64,000 nt of DNA from Anaerolineae bacterium (GTDB lineage: Bacteria; Chloroflexota; Anaerolineae; S140-20). Location: NCBI GenBank assembly GCA_027021705.1, contig JALUTT010000085.1, positions 1 to 64,000 of the forward strand, written 5' to 3'. This document shows, one piece after another, positions 1 to 10,268 of the stretch (its first letter is position 1; every line of letters begins with the position of its first letter). A model generated the notes under the pieces. That model was not told where the DNA came from. It worked only from the letters and a program-made list of their open reading frames with translations, and searched no databases. The position numbers were made by a program, and so were the translations under genes.

Positions 1-188
1 ACCGCTTCGTGCTCTTTGAGCTCTTGGTGCCCTTCGTGTCTCTCGCCGTGGCCGGAGCGGACAAGCTGTCAACGGATTGGGGAACGGATTGAACGGATGG
101 GGGGGTGGTGCTCCCAAGAGGGCTTGTCCAGACTTTCGTACCGCTTCGTGCTCTTTGAGCTCTTGGTGCCCTTCGTGTCTCTCGCCGT
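1..188. repeat. 49-bp exact direct repeat (1-49 and 140-188) with internal ~9-bp periodicity
   Basis: accgcttcgtgctctttgagctcttggtgcccttcgtgtctctcgccgt occurs twice, 139 bp apart. Confidence 0.9.
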
Positions 189-215
189 AGAACCGTGCTG
201 CGCAACCTCATTCGT

Positions 216-2012
216 TCATTCGTTCGACCTCGTCTCCCCCATCTCCTGGGCATACCGCCGGTAGAGCCGCCAATACCGCCCCCGTAGGGCCAGCAGCGTC
301 TCGTGGGTCCCCTCCTCGACGATCCGCCCTTCCTCCAGCACAACGATCTTGTCGGCCCGGACGATGGTGCTGAGCCGATGGGCGATGACGAAGGCAGTCC
401 GCCCCTCCAGCAGCCGGCCCAGCGCCCGCTGGATCTGCCGCTCCGTCTGCGGGTCCACGCTGGAGGTCGCCTCGTCCAGGATCAGGATGCGGGGATCGGC
501 CAGGAGCGCCCGGGCGAAGCTGAGGAGCTGCCGCTGCCCCACGCTTAGGTTGGCCCCTCCCTCCTCGATCACCGTCTCGTACCCCTCCGGCAGCCGGACG
601 ATGAAGTCGTGGGCTCCAACGGCCCGCGCCGCCGCCTCGATGGCCGCGTCGTCCGCCCCCAGCCGGCCATAGGCGATGTTCTCCCGCACTGTGCCGGAGA
701 AGAGGAAGGGCTCCTGGAGGACGAAGCCCATCTGGGAGCGGAGGGAAGCCTGGGTCACCCGGCGCAGGTCCCGGCCATCCACCAGCACCCGGCCCCGCTG
801 GGGGTCGTAGAAGCGGGCCACCAGCCGGACGATGGTGCTCTTGCCCGCCCCCGTCGGCCCCACCAGCGCCACCGTCTGGCCGGCCTCCACCTCCAGGTTG
901 ATCCCCCGCAGCACCGGCGTCTCCCCGTCGTAGCTGAACCAGACATCCTCGAAGCGAACCTCCCCCCGGATGGGCGGCATCTCCACGGCGTCGGGCGCAT
1001 CCTCGATCTCCGGCTTCGTGTCCAGCAGCTCGAAGATCCGCTCACCCGCCGCCATCGTCGCCTGGAAGGTGTTGTAGCGCTGGCTCAGGTCGCGGATGGG
1101 GTTGAAGAACTGCTCGATGTAGAGGACGAAGGCGACCAACTCCCCCGCCGTCAGCGGCTCCCCCAGCAGCGCCGTCCCGCCCACCCAGACGACGAGCCCC
1201 ACCGCCAGGGAGCCGATGAAGTCCACCGAGGGGAAGAAGAGGGCTGCCAGCCGGGCCGCCTGCAGGTTGGCCTCCAGGTTCTGCCGGTTGATCTCCTCGG
1301 CAAAGCGGCGGGCGTTGAAGGACTCGCGGGCGAAGGCCTGGACGACCTGGACGCCGGCGATGTTCTCCTGGAGCTCGGCGTTGACCGCCCCGATGGCCCG
1401 CCGCACCGCCCGGTAGCTCTCCCGCGCCCGCACCCGCCACAGGTTCGCCAGCCCACCCATCACCGGCAGCACCAGCATCGTCAGCAGGGCCAGCCGGGCG
1501 TTCATCGAGAGGAGCACCAGGACGATCCCCCCCAGGGTGAGCAGGTCGTTGGCGACGGCGACGATGGCCCAGGTGATCATCTCCCGCATCACGCCCACGT
1601 CGGAGATGAGGCGGGAGATGAGCCGGCCCACCTCCTGACGGGCGAAGAAGCCCAGGGCCAGCCCCTGCAGGTGGTTGAAGAGCTCCCCCCGCACCTTGTA
1701 GATGATCTCCTGGCCCACCTGGGCCATCGTGTTGATGCGCCCGTACATCGCCGCCCAGTTGAGCAGCCGGCTGGCGACGAAGGCCAGCGTCACCCACCCC
1801 AGGAGGGTCACGTTGGCCGCCCGGATGCCCCGGTCAATGGCCAGGCGGATCAGGTAGGGGCCGGCCAGCCCCATCAGCGAGCTCACCACCATCAGGGCCA
1901 GGGCCAAGACCACCCGATGCCGGTAGGGGGCCAGGTAGCCCATCAGCCGCCGGGCGATCACCGGATCGTAGGCCTTGCCCTCCACGCCCTCGCTGGGCCG
2001 CAATCGCGTCAC
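216..2012 (-). CDS. ABC exporter, fused permease/ATPase (heterodimer subunit 2)
   Basis: C-terminal part of ORF 216..3566, likely GTG start at 2012 (VTRLRPSE); TM region, Walker A GPTGAGKST, LSVGQRQ, ILILDEATSS. Confidence 0.9.
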   Translation of the reverse strand: MTRLRPSEGVEGKAYDPVIARRLMGYLAPYRHRVVLALALMVVSSLMGLAGPYLIRLAIDRGIRAANVTLLGWVTLAFVASRLLNWAAMYGRINTMAQVGQEIIYKVRGELFNHLQGLALGFFARQEVGRLISRLISDVGVMREMITWAIVAVANDLLTLGGIVLVLLSMNARLALLTMLVLPVMGGLANLWRVRARESYRAVRRAIGAVNAELQENIAGVQVVQAFARESFNARRFAEEINRQNLEANLQAARLAALFFPSVDFIGSLAVGLVVWVGGTALLGEPLTAGELVAFVLYIEQFFNPIRDLSQRYNTFQATMAAGERIFELLDTKPEIEDAPDAVEMPPIRGEVRFEDVWFSYDGETPVLRGINLEVEAGQTVALVGPTGAGKSTIVRLVARFYDPQRGRVLVDGRDLRRVTQASLRSQMGFVLQEPFLFSGTVRENIAYGRLGADDAAIEAAARAVGAHDFIVRLPEGYETVIEEGGANLSVGQRQLLSFARALLADPRILILDEATSSVDPQTERQIQRALGRLLEGRTAFVIAHRLSTIVRADKIVVLEEGRIVEEGTHETLLALRGRYWRLYRRYAQEMGETRSNE

Positions 2013-3808
2013 GTTCCCCCTCCTGCTCCCACCACGGCGACCGACGCCAGTTGCAGGCGGCAGATCTCCGCGTAGCGCTGCCCCCGCGCCAGCAGCTCGG
2101 CGTGGGTCCCCCGCTCCACGATCCGCCCGCCCTCCAGCACCAGGATCAGGTCCGCCCGCCGGACGGTGGAGATGCGGTGGGCGATGACGAAGGTCGTCCG
2201 CCCCTCCATCAGCCGGGCCAGCGCCTCCTGGATCAGGTGCTCCGTCTCCACGTCCACGCTGGAGGTCGCATCGTCCAAGATCAGGATGCGGGGGTCCATC
2301 AGCAGCGCCCGGGCGATGGCCACCCGTTGCCGCTGGCCGCCGGAGAGGGTCACGCCCCGCTCCCCCACCAGCGTGTCGTAGCCGTCGGGTAACTCGACGA
2401 TGAAGTCGTGGGCGTGGGCCGCCCGGGCCGCCTCGACGACGGCCTCCAGCGGGGCGTCGGGCCGCCCGTAGGCGATGTTCTCCCGCACCGTCGCCGAGAA
2501 GAGGAAGGGCTCCTGGAGGACGATGCCGATCTGGCGGCGCAGGCTCTCCAGCGTCACCTCCCGCACGTCGTAGCCGTCCACCAGCACCCGCCCCGAGGTC
2601 GCCTCGTAGAAGCGGGGGATCAGGTTGACCAGCGTGCTCTTGCCCGACCCGGTCTCCCCCAGCAGCGCAATCACCTGACCGGGCCGGGCCTCGAAGCTGA
2701 TCTCCCGCAGGATCCAATCGCCCGGCTCCGGGGGCGGGCGGCCATCGTCGGGCCGAAGGGGGGCCGCAGGCCCCTCGTAGCGGAAGGAGACGTTCTCGAA
2801 ACGGACCTCCCCCCGCAGGCGAGGCAGGACGATGGCCCCGGGCCGGTTGCGGATGGCCGGCTCGGTGTCCAGGACCTCGAAGATGCGCTGGCCGGCCGTC
2901 ATCGCCATCGCCGTCAGGTTGACGATCCAGCCCAGCCGCTGGACCGGCATCGCCAGCATCACGACGTAGCTGTTGAAGGCGACCACCTCCCCCACCGTCA
3001 TCCGCCCGGCGATCACCTGCCGGCCCCCGTACCAGAGGATGAGCGCCGTGCTCAGGCTGATGAGCACGGCCATCAGGGGGAAGTTGGCCGCCCAGGTGCG
3101 GATGAGCCGCAGCCGGCGCACCAGCAACTCCCGGTTCACCGCGTCGAACTTCTGCATCTCGTAGGGCTCGCGGGCGAAGGCCTTCACCACCGGGATGCCC
3201 ACCAGGTTCTCCTGGATCACCTCGCTCACCCGTCCCATCTGCCGGTGCACCCCCAGGAACATCGGACGGATGATGCGCCCGAAGCGAATGGTCACGACCA
3301 CCAGGAGGGGCAGCGGGGCCAGGGCGATGAGGGCCAGCTCCCCGTTGGTGCGGAAGAGGATGACGATGATGCTCACGGCCAGCAGGAGGGTGTTGATCCC
3401 GTCCACCAGCCCGAAGCCGACGAAGCGCTGCACCGACTCCACGTCGGAGGTGGCCCGGGAGATCAACTGGCCGATGGGGGTGTGGTCGTGGTAGGCGAAG
3501 GGGAGCCGCTGGACCCGGTCGTAGAGCTGGTTGCGCAGGTCGTAGGCCACCCGGTGGGAGAGCCATTCCGAGAGGTAGCGCTGGCCGAAGCCGAAGAGGG
3601 AACGCACCGCCCCCAACCCCACGATGGTCAGGGCGGAGAGGAAGATGGCCGTCGGGTCCCCCTGGGCCAACCCCACGTCAATCACCTGCTTGATGACCCA
3701 GGGCACCACCAGCCCCATCGCCGTCCCCCCCACCAAGCTGACGGCCGCCAGCACCACCCGTGCCCAGTAAGGCCGCAGATAGCCCAACAAACGTCCCAGG
3801 ACCTTCAC
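2009..3808 (-). CDS. ABC exporter, fused permease/ATPase (heterodimer subunit 1)
   Basis: 6-TM domain, GETGSGKST, LSGGQRQR, degenerate Walker B ILILDD; 4-bp overlap with partner gene. Confidence 0.92.
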   Translation of the reverse strand: MKVLGRLLGYLRPYWARVVLAAVSLVGGTAMGLVVPWVIKQVIDVGLAQGDPTAIFLSALTIVGLGAVRSLFGFGQRYLSEWLSHRVAYDLRNQLYDRVQRLPFAYHDHTPIGQLISRATSDVESVQRFVGFGLVDGINTLLLAVSIIVILFRTNGELALIALAPLPLLVVVTIRFGRIIRPMFLGVHRQMGRVSEVIQENLVGIPVVKAFAREPYEMQKFDAVNRELLVRRLRLIRTWAANFPLMAVLISLSTALILWYGGRQVIAGRMTVGEVVAFNSYVVMLAMPVQRLGWIVNLTAMAMTAGQRIFEVLDTEPAIRNRPGAIVLPRLRGEVRFENVSFRYEGPAAPLRPDDGRPPPEPGDWILREISFEARPGQVIALLGETGSGKSTLVNLIPRFYEATSGRVLVDGYDVREVTLESLRRQIGIVLQEPFLFSATVRENIAYGRPDAPLEAVVEAARAAHAHDFIVELPDGYDTLVGERGVTLSGGQRQRVAIARALLMDPRILILDDATSSVDVETEHLIQEALARLMEGRTTFVIAHRISTVRRADLILVLEGGRIVERGTHAELLARGQRYAEICRLQLASVAVVGAGGGT

Positions 3809-3951
3809 GTCACGCCTCGCACTTTACGGACCTCCGACCACGGACCGCGGACCGACGACCGACGGCGGACCGCCGACCGCAGACCGCAGATTCCAACACG
3901 CAACACGCAACACGAAACGCGGGATAGACAACCCGCTTGCCGTTCTCCGTT

Positions 3952-5382
3952 TCACGTCTTGAGCACCGTCTGCCACTTCCCCGAACGAAAACGCCGCTCG
4001 AAGAGGAAGGCCCGCACGCCGAAGTCCACCCCCATCGCCAGGTGGACGCCCACCACGTCCCAGCCCAGGACCAGGCCGAAGAGGTAGACCAGGGGGAGCC
4101 GGACCAGCCAGATGGTCCCTCCTTGGATGAGGAGCGGCGTTCGGGTATCTCCCGCGCCCCGCAGCCCACCCCCCAGGACCATCAGGCCGCTGAGGAAGGG
4201 CTGGTAGAAGGCGGCCACCCGCATCGCCTGGGCCCCCAGTCGGATGACAGCGGCGTCGCGGGTGAAGAAGGCGACGACGTGCTCGGCGAAGGCGAAGAGG
4301 AGGCCGCCGACGAGGACCATCACGCCCACGGCCAGCCCCAGGGCGGTGTAGCCACTGCGGGTGGCTCGGTCGGGCCGGCCCGCCCCCAGCTCCTGTCCCA
4401 CCAGCGTCGTGGCGGCCAGGGCGAAGCCCCAGCCGGGCATGTAGGAGATGGCCATCACCTGGATGACGAGCTGGTGGGCGGCGTAGGAGGCGGTGCCCAG
4501 GCGGGTGACGAGGGTGGCCATCACCACCTGGGCGACGCGCATCAGGAGCTGTTCGCCGCCGGCCGGCAGCCCAATGCGCAGCACCTGAACCATCCGCCCC
4601 CCGTCGGGCCGGGGGAGGGGCAGCCGTCGCCCCGGCCCGCCCAAGGCGAGGCGCAGGCCGGCCCGCCCCTGCACCAGGATGCCCAGGACGACGAGCCCGC
4701 CCAGCGACCGGGCCGTCGCCGCCCCCAGGCCGGAGCCGACGACGCCCAGGGCCGGCAGCGGCCCCACCCCGTAGACGAGGCTGCTGGCCACGGCGATGTT
4801 GACGGCGTTGATCAGGAACATCACCAGCATCGGCGTGCGGGTGTCGCCCGCGCCCCGGAGCACCGCGTTGCCCACGAAGAGGACCGCCATCAGCCCGACG
4901 GAGGCGGCCACGGTCCGCAGGTAGGGGGTTCCCTCGGCGACGACCTCGGGCGCGCCGCCCAGGAGCCGGAGGATGAGCGGTGCGCCGGCGAAGAGGAGCG
5001 CCCCCACCCCCAGGCCGACGGCGAGGGCCAGGAGAAGCGCCTGGGTCGCCGTCCGGCTCGCCTCGGCCGGGCGACCGGCCCCCACGTAGCGGGCCACCAG
5101 CGCCGTGGCCCCGACCCCCACGGAGGCGAAGAGGGCCCAGTTGAGCATCATCACCTGGGCGCTGAGGCCCACGCCCGCCAGCGCCGCCGCGCCCAGGTGC
5201 CCCACCAGGTAGGCGTCCACCAACCCCACGCTGGTGTTCAGCAACTGCTCGACGACGGCCGGCCAGGCCAGCACCACCACCTGCCGGACCATCTCGGGGT
5301 CGGAGACGAAGGGAAAGCCGGACCGGCTTCCCGCTTCCCGTCTCAGCCGGGCGACAGCGACCGACAGCAATGAAGTTTTCAT
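3952..5382 (-). CDS. MATE family efflux transporter
   Basis: Two repeats of RGAGDTRTP; about 12 TM segments; LAWPAVVEQLL N-terminus. Confidence 0.92.
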   Translation of the reverse strand: MKTSLLSVAVARLRREAGSRSGFPFVSDPEMVRQVVVLAWPAVVEQLLNTSVGLVDAYLVGHLGAAALAGVGLSAQVMMLNWALFASVGVGATALVARYVGAGRPAEASRTATQALLLALAVGLGVGALLFAGAPLILRLLGGAPEVVAEGTPYLRTVAASVGLMAVLFVGNAVLRGAGDTRTPMLVMFLINAVNIAVASSLVYGVGPLPALGVVGSGLGAATARSLGGLVVLGILVQGRAGLRLALGGPGRRLPLPRPDGGRMVQVLRIGLPAGGEQLLMRVAQVVMATLVTRLGTASYAAHQLVIQVMAISYMPGWGFALAATTLVGQELGAGRPDRATRSGYTALGLAVGVMVLVGGLLFAFAEHVVAFFTRDAAVIRLGAQAMRVAAFYQPFLSGLMVLGGGLRGAGDTRTPLLIQGGTIWLVRLPLVYLFGLVLGWDVVGVHLAMGVDFGVRAFLFERRFRSGKWQTVLKT

Positions 5383-5505
5383 CCGCGTTGTTCTCCGTGG
5401 TGCGTATCCCGTGGTGCGTGGTGCGCGTCGAAGTCCGCCGTCAGCAGTCGGCGGTCGGCAGTCTAGTCTGCCGTCCGTCGTCGGCGGTCCGCCGTCGCGC
5501 CCCGG

Positions 5506-6627
5506 TCAGGCCACGTTCAGGAGGCGGGCCAGCGCATCCAGGACCTCCCGACCGCGCGTGGGGTCGAGCCGGTAGCACTTCATCCCGTTCACCTTCCGGG
5601 ATCGGATCAGCCCCGTTTTCTCCAGCAGCCCCAGGTGGCGCGAGGCCGCCGACTGGGAGAGGCCGAGGCGGCGCATCACCTCCGCCGTCGTCATCTCCCC
5701 CTCGGCCCCCGACAGCAGGGCCAGGATGTGGAGCCGCGTCTCGTCGGCCAGCGCCCTCAGCGGCGGGAAGAGGGTGACGACCTGCCCGTCGAGGGCCGCT
5801 TCGGCTTGGGCGACCGTGCGGGCGTTGAAGGAGATCTGCATCCGGGGCGGCACCGTGGCGAAGATGAAGTAGGGGCCGATGTGGCAGGAGGGCACGAAGG
5901 TCACCTGGCGGATGGCTACCAGCCGTTCTTGCAGCCCTTCCGGCAGCGCCCGGCCTGTGATCGCCGTGAACTGGCTGGGAAAGGGAGGCGAATAGCGGCG
6001 AGCTCGGTGATAGGCCACACAGCGGCGCATCGTGGGCAGGCAGTCGGTGTAGGCCTCGGCGTAAGCCTCGGTCCAGAAGCCTTCCAGCAGCTTCAACAGG
6101 CGCCGCTTGAGGGGGGCCGGGTCGCTGAAGAGGGCGGTGACTTCCTCCAGGTCAGGAGCCCGCTCTGTCCATTCAGGCTCTCCCTGACAGCGGAACTGGG
6201 CGAGCTCGTTGACAGCGGTAGCCAGGAAGTCGGGTGCGGGCGGGTCGTCGCCCGGCCAGCTCAGGGGGATGCCGGCCCGTTGGAGCTCCCGCTGCAGCCC
6301 CTCCAGGGCCAGCCAGCCGTACCGTTCCGCCGGCCAGCGGGCCAGAAGGGTGTGATAGGCGACAAAGCTCTCGTGGGCCGGATGGTCCTGGGGAAAATCC
6401 ATCACCAGGTGCCCCCACAGGCTGGGGCAGTAGCGCAGGAAGCCCATCAGGGTGCGGATCTCCCGGCTCAGCTCAGAGGAGAGGCGAGCAGCCGTCCGCG
6501 TCACCCAGTCATCCAGCCCTTCGATGTAGGGGGCAGCGTTGAGCAGGAGGAGGTTGGCGAAGAGGTCCTGGGGCAACGAGGTTCGAAAGCTGATCTGAAT
6601 GGCCGGCGGTCCGGTCAACAGTTCCAT
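5506..6627 (-). CDS. ArsR/SmtB-family regulator with long N-terminal domain
   Basis: C-terminal LRALADETRLHIL...LSQSAASRHL HTH; likely start MELLTG at 6627. Confidence 0.8.
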   Translation of the reverse strand: MELLTGPPAIQISFRTSLPQDLFANLLLLNAAPYIEGLDDWVTRTAARLSSELSREIRTLMGFLRYCPSLWGHLVMDFPQDHPAHESFVAYHTLLARWPAERYGWLALEGLQRELQRAGIPLSWPGDDPPAPDFLATAVNELAQFRCQGEPEWTERAPDLEEVTALFSDPAPLKRRLLKLLEGFWTEAYAEAYTDCLPTMRRCVAYHRARRYSPPFPSQFTAITGRALPEGLQERLVAIRQVTFVPSCHIGPYFIFATVPPRMQISFNARTVAQAEAALDGQVVTLFPPLRALADETRLHILALLSGAEGEMTTAEVMRRLGLSQSAASRHLGLLEKTGLIRSRKVNGMKCYRLDPTRGREVLDALARLLNVA

Positions 6628-6887
6628 CGTCGTCTGCCTTTCCAACCCAACGCACCGGTTTTTACCCGCACTTCCGCATATGCGGGTATATTGTACCACA
6701 AACGGCGGGAGGGGCAAGCCGGGAGCACTAGTGCATCACCCTCCCGCCGGGCACCTTGTGCCCGGCGATGGCAACGGCTTCCCGGCAGCGGCCTACAACG
6801 CGCTTTAGGCCGTGGATAAAACCTGCGGGAGGGTTCCCCCTGCACAGCCCATCCCCTCGCTCACTGATGGGTATCACCAGGTCTCCC

Positions 6888-6916
6888 TTGACAAAGCCGC
6901 TCAACCGGGCTATAAA
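6888..6916 (+). promoter_or_regulatory. sigma70-type promoter
   Basis: TTGACA (6888-6893), 17 bp spacer, TATAAA (6911-6916). Confidence 0.8.
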
Positions 6917-7099
6917 GCAGTTCGGGGATTGAGAAGCGACCAGTCCGGATGCCTCCCTTCGCCGGAATGGGAATTCCGGCCTACAGGGTAGCTCGCAAGG
7001 CTTTGCCTTTTCAGCCCGGACTCTCCAGACCCGGGTCGGAGAGCCGAATCATCGGGCTCAAAGAGCCTTCCTACACCAACGACCGCCGGGGAGGCGGAT
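6917..7099 (+). ncRNA. putative structured 5' leader RNA, family unknown
   Basis: Several hairpins, two with GNRA loops, a long-range stem and an RBS-sequestering hairpin between promoter and ATG 7100. Confidence 0.4.
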
Positions 7100-8410
7100 A
7101 TGAGCCGGCAACACGCCATTGTCATCGAAGGACTGATCAAGTTCTACGGTCCCGTCCAGGCCCTGTATGGGGTGGACCTGGAGGTGCGCCGGGGGGGGGT
7201 CTTCGGCTTCCTGGGCCCCAACGGGGCGGGGAAGACAACGACCATCCGCTGCATGCTGGACCTGATCCACCCCAACGGCGGCTCCATCCGGGTGCTGGGC
7301 CTCAACCCCCAGGCCGATCCCGTCGCCGTGCGGGCACGGACGGGCTACCTGCCCGGCGAGCTGCACCTGGACGAGACCCTGACCGTAGAAGCCACGCTCC
7401 GCTTCCTGAACGACCTGCGGGGCGGGAAGGCCGATTGGGCCTTCGTGCGCCGGCTGGCCGAACGCCTCGACTTGGACCTCCAGCAGCCGGTCAAGAACCT
7501 CTCCAAGGGCAACAAACAGAAGGTAGGGCTGATCCAAGCGCTGATGCACCGACCGGAACTGCTGCTGCTGGACGAGCCCACGGCCAGCCTCGACCCGCTG
7601 ATGCAGCACGAGGTGCTGCGCCTGATCACCGAGGCCCGCGACGCGGGCGCGACCATCTTCTTCTCCTCCCACCACATCGGCGAGGTGGAGATGATCGCTT
7701 TCTTCGGCAACGTGGAGACGATCGCCACCCCGGAGGGGTATCTCTCCGTCGAGATGTTCTCGTACATGCCCCTCGTCCTGGGCATCTTCGCCATTCTGGC
7801 CGGCAGCGGCCTGCTCGTCGGCGACGAGGAGAAGGGAACGCTGGACCTGATCCTGGCCCACCCGGTGAGCCGCACCGACCTCTTCGTCGGGCGTCTCCTC
7901 GCCTTCGTCACGACGACGGTCGCCATCCTGGCCTTGATGTGGCTGGGGCTGGTGACCGCCGGCATCTGGTCGCCGCTGGGGGTTGGGGTCGGGAGGCTGA
8001 TCCTGCCCTTCCTCTCCCTCCTGGCGATCCTGCTCCTCTTCGGGACGCTGGCGCTCCTGCTGAGCATGCTGCTCCCGGCCCGCCGCCTGGCGGCGATGGG
8101 GGCCGGCATCCTCCTCGTCGGCAACTTCTTCCTCGTCGGGCTGGCAAACATCAACGACGACCTGAAACCCATCGCCCGCCTCACGCCCCTCCACTACTAC
8201 CAGAGCGGTGAGGCGATCGGCGGGCTGAACGGTCGGTGGATCGTCGGACTGCTGGCGGTGGCCGTCCTCTTCGCCCTCCTGGCCTGGTGGCGCTTCCGGC
8301 AGCGGGACATCCGCGTGGTCGGCGAGGGGGGCTGGCAGGTCCGTACCCGCCTCGCCCGGCTCCGCCCCCCCTGGCGGAAGCTCCGCGTCACCGAAAAGGG
8401 GACCGGCTGA
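7100..8410 (+). CDS. ABC-2 type ATPase fused in frame to permease (probable internal deletion)
   Basis: GPNGAGKTT, LSKGNKQK, LLLLDEPT, FFSSH, then directly a permease segment (GDEEKGTLDLILAHPVSR). Confidence 0.75.
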   Translation: MSRQHAIVIEGLIKFYGPVQALYGVDLEVRRGGVFGFLGPNGAGKTTTIRCMLDLIHPNGGSIRVLGLNPQADPVAVRARTGYLPGELHLDETLTVEATLRFLNDLRGGKADWAFVRRLAERLDLDLQQPVKNLSKGNKQKVGLIQALMHRPELLLLDEPTASLDPLMQHEVLRLITEARDAGATIFFSSHHIGEVEMIAFFGNVETIATPEGYLSVEMFSYMPLVLGIFAILAGSGLLVGDEEKGTLDLILAHPVSRTDLFVGRLLAFVTTTVAILALMWLGLVTAGIWSPLGVGVGRLILPFLSLLAILLLFGTLALLLSMLLPARRLAAMGAGILLVGNFFLVGLANINDDLKPIARLTPLHYYQSGEAIGGLNGRWIVGLLAVAVLFALLAWWRFRQRDIRVVGEGGWQVRTRLARLRPPWRKLRVTEKGTG

Positions 8411-8439
8411 CGGCCCCCGCCCCACCCTAGGAGGCCCCT

Positions 8440-9099
8440 ATGCTCACCCATGCAATGGAAGACTACCTGAAGGCCATCTACAAGCTGCAACAGCCGACCG
8501 GACGGGCGACGACCACCGCCATCGCCGAGGCCCTGGAGGTCGCCCCGGCCTCGGTCACAGGCATGCTCAAGAAGCTGGCCGCCCTGAAGCTGGTGGACTA
8601 CCAGCGCCACCGGGGGGTCCGGCTGACACCCGCCGGCGAACGGGTTGCCCTGGAGGTGATCCGGCACCATCGGCTCATCGAGCTCTACCTGCACGAGGCG
8701 CTGGGCTACTCCTGGGACGAGGTGCACGATGAGGCAGAGGCCCTGGAGCACGTCATCTCGGAGACCTTCGAGGAGCGGATCGCCGAGCTGCTGGGGCACC
8801 CCACCGTGGACCCCCACGGGGATCCCATCCCCACCCCGGCCGGGGCGATGCCTTACCAGCCCTGCGTCCCCCTCCGGGAGCTAGCGGTCGGAGCACAGGG
8901 GGAGGTGGTGCGCGTGCGCAGCGATGACCCGGCCCTGCTGCGTCGTCTGGAAGCCCTGGGGCTGGTCCCTCAAACACCGGTCACGCTCCTGACCCGCCAA
9001 CCCGACGAGGGCACGCTGGACGTCCAGGTCGGACAGGTCGTCCACACCATCTCTGATCAGATCGCCGAAAACGTCTTCGTGCGGACGGAGGAGGCTTGA
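8440..9099 (+). CDS. DtxR/MntR-family metal-dependent regulator with C-terminal FeoA/SH3-like domain
   Basis: EDYLKAIY, RHHRLIELYL, EAEALEH, DPHGDPIP. Confidence 0.93.
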   Translation: MLTHAMEDYLKAIYKLQQPTGRATTTAIAEALEVAPASVTGMLKKLAALKLVDYQRHRGVRLTPAGERVALEVIRHHRLIELYLHEALGYSWDEVHDEAEALEHVISETFEERIAELLGHPTVDPHGDPIPTPAGAMPYQPCVPLRELAVGAQGEVVRVRSDDPALLRRLEALGLVPQTPVTLLTRQPDEGTLDVQVGQVVHTISDQIAENVFVRTEEA

Positions 9100-9100
9100 G

Positions 9101-10129
9101 ATGATCACCATCCAGATTTCGTGGACCGGGCTGGTTCTGGCCTCCCTGGGGCTGCTGCTCCTGGCGGTCGCCTGTAGAAGGTGGGAGCGATGGGGGAACC
9201 CCGTCGCCGGCTGGGTGGCTCGCCGCGACCGACGACGGCGGGCCCGCCTGATCGAGACCGAGGATACGCTGAAGGTCCTCTACAACCTGGGCGGGGCGGA
9301 GCGACCGGTCCCCGTCGAGCGCCTGGCCCAGGCCATCGGTACCTCCCGCGCCGTCGCCCTCCGGATCGCCGACCGTATGGTCCGCCGGGGATGGGGGCGG
9401 TCCTCGGCAGGCGGCCGGGAGGTCCGGCTGACAGAGGCAGGCCGTCGCCGGGCCCTGGAGCTGATCCGGGCCCACCGCCTCTGGGAACGCTCCTTGGCCG
9501 ACGAAGAAGGGTTCCCCCTGGAAGAGGTCCACGCCGAAGCCCACCGCCGGGAGCACGAGACGACCCCCGAAGAGATGGAAGCACTGGCCCGACGGCTGGG
9601 CTACCCCCGCCGGGACCCCCACGGCGATCTGATCCCCGACGCCCAGGGCCGGATGGAGGGCGAGACCGGCCAGCCGCTGACCCGCTGGCCGTTGGATGAG
9701 GACGCCCTGGTGCTCCACGTGGAGGATGAACCACCGCCCCTCTTCGCCCAGTTGGTGGCGATGGGCTTTGTGCCCGGGGTCCGCCTCCGGGTCCAGGCCC
9801 GGCAGGAGGAGCGCCTTCTCGTGGAGCAGGGCGGCTACCTCCACGTTCTGGCCCCAGAGGCCGCCGAGCGCATCTCCGTCGTCCCCGCCCCGCCGGAGCC
9901 GGTCCCGTTGAGCGACCTGCGCGTCGGACAGCGAGGGCGGATCCTGGCCCTGGGGGCCGTCAACAACCAGCGGCGCATGCTGGACATGGGGCTGGTGCCG
10001 GGGGCGCTGATCGAGGTCGTGCGCACCGCGCCGCTGGGGGACCCCATCGAGTACCGAGTCAAGGGCTCGTCCCTCTCCCTGCGCAAGGACGAGGCCCGTG
10101 AGGTCCTGGTGGAGCCACTGCCGGAGTAG
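9101..10129 (+). CDS. DtxR-like protein with N-terminal TM segment and two FeoA domains
   Basis: Hydrophobic N-terminus; RAHRLWE, EAHRREH, DPHGDLIP; RRMLDMGLVPG...APLGDPIE. Confidence 0.85.
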   Translation: MITIQISWTGLVLASLGLLLLAVACRRWERWGNPVAGWVARRDRRRRARLIETEDTLKVLYNLGGAERPVPVERLAQAIGTSRAVALRIADRMVRRGWGRSSAGGREVRLTEAGRRRALELIRAHRLWERSLADEEGFPLEEVHAEAHRREHETTPEEMEALARRLGYPRRDPHGDLIPDAQGRMEGETGQPLTRWPLDEDALVLHVEDEPPPLFAQLVAMGFVPGVRLRVQARQEERLLVEQGGYLHVLAPEAAERISVVPAPPEPVPLSDLRVGQRGRILALGAVNNQRRMLDMGLVPGALIEVVRTAPLGDPIEYRVKGSSLSLRKDEAREVLVEPLPE

Positions 10130-10268
10130 AAGGGTCGGCCAATGGAGGACCGCCGACGACGGACCGCCGACGACCGACAGGCCAGGGACAAGGAGGCAAG
10201 AGGACAAGATGACGTGTCACCCCGCACAGAGCCCACAACCCATAACCCGCAGCCCCCACCAGGAGGCG

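Noticed and set aside
1..188. Two identical 49-bp units as a possible CRISPR array end
   Set aside because: The unit is long, internally periodic and separated by 90 bp; there are only two copies and they are far from the cas genes.
2013..3566. N-terminal extension of the 1116-aa ORF (apparent large fusion)
   Set aside because: It is an out-of-frame shadow of the upstream ABC gene, with low-complexity Arg/Pro/Gly content typical of high-GC DNA.
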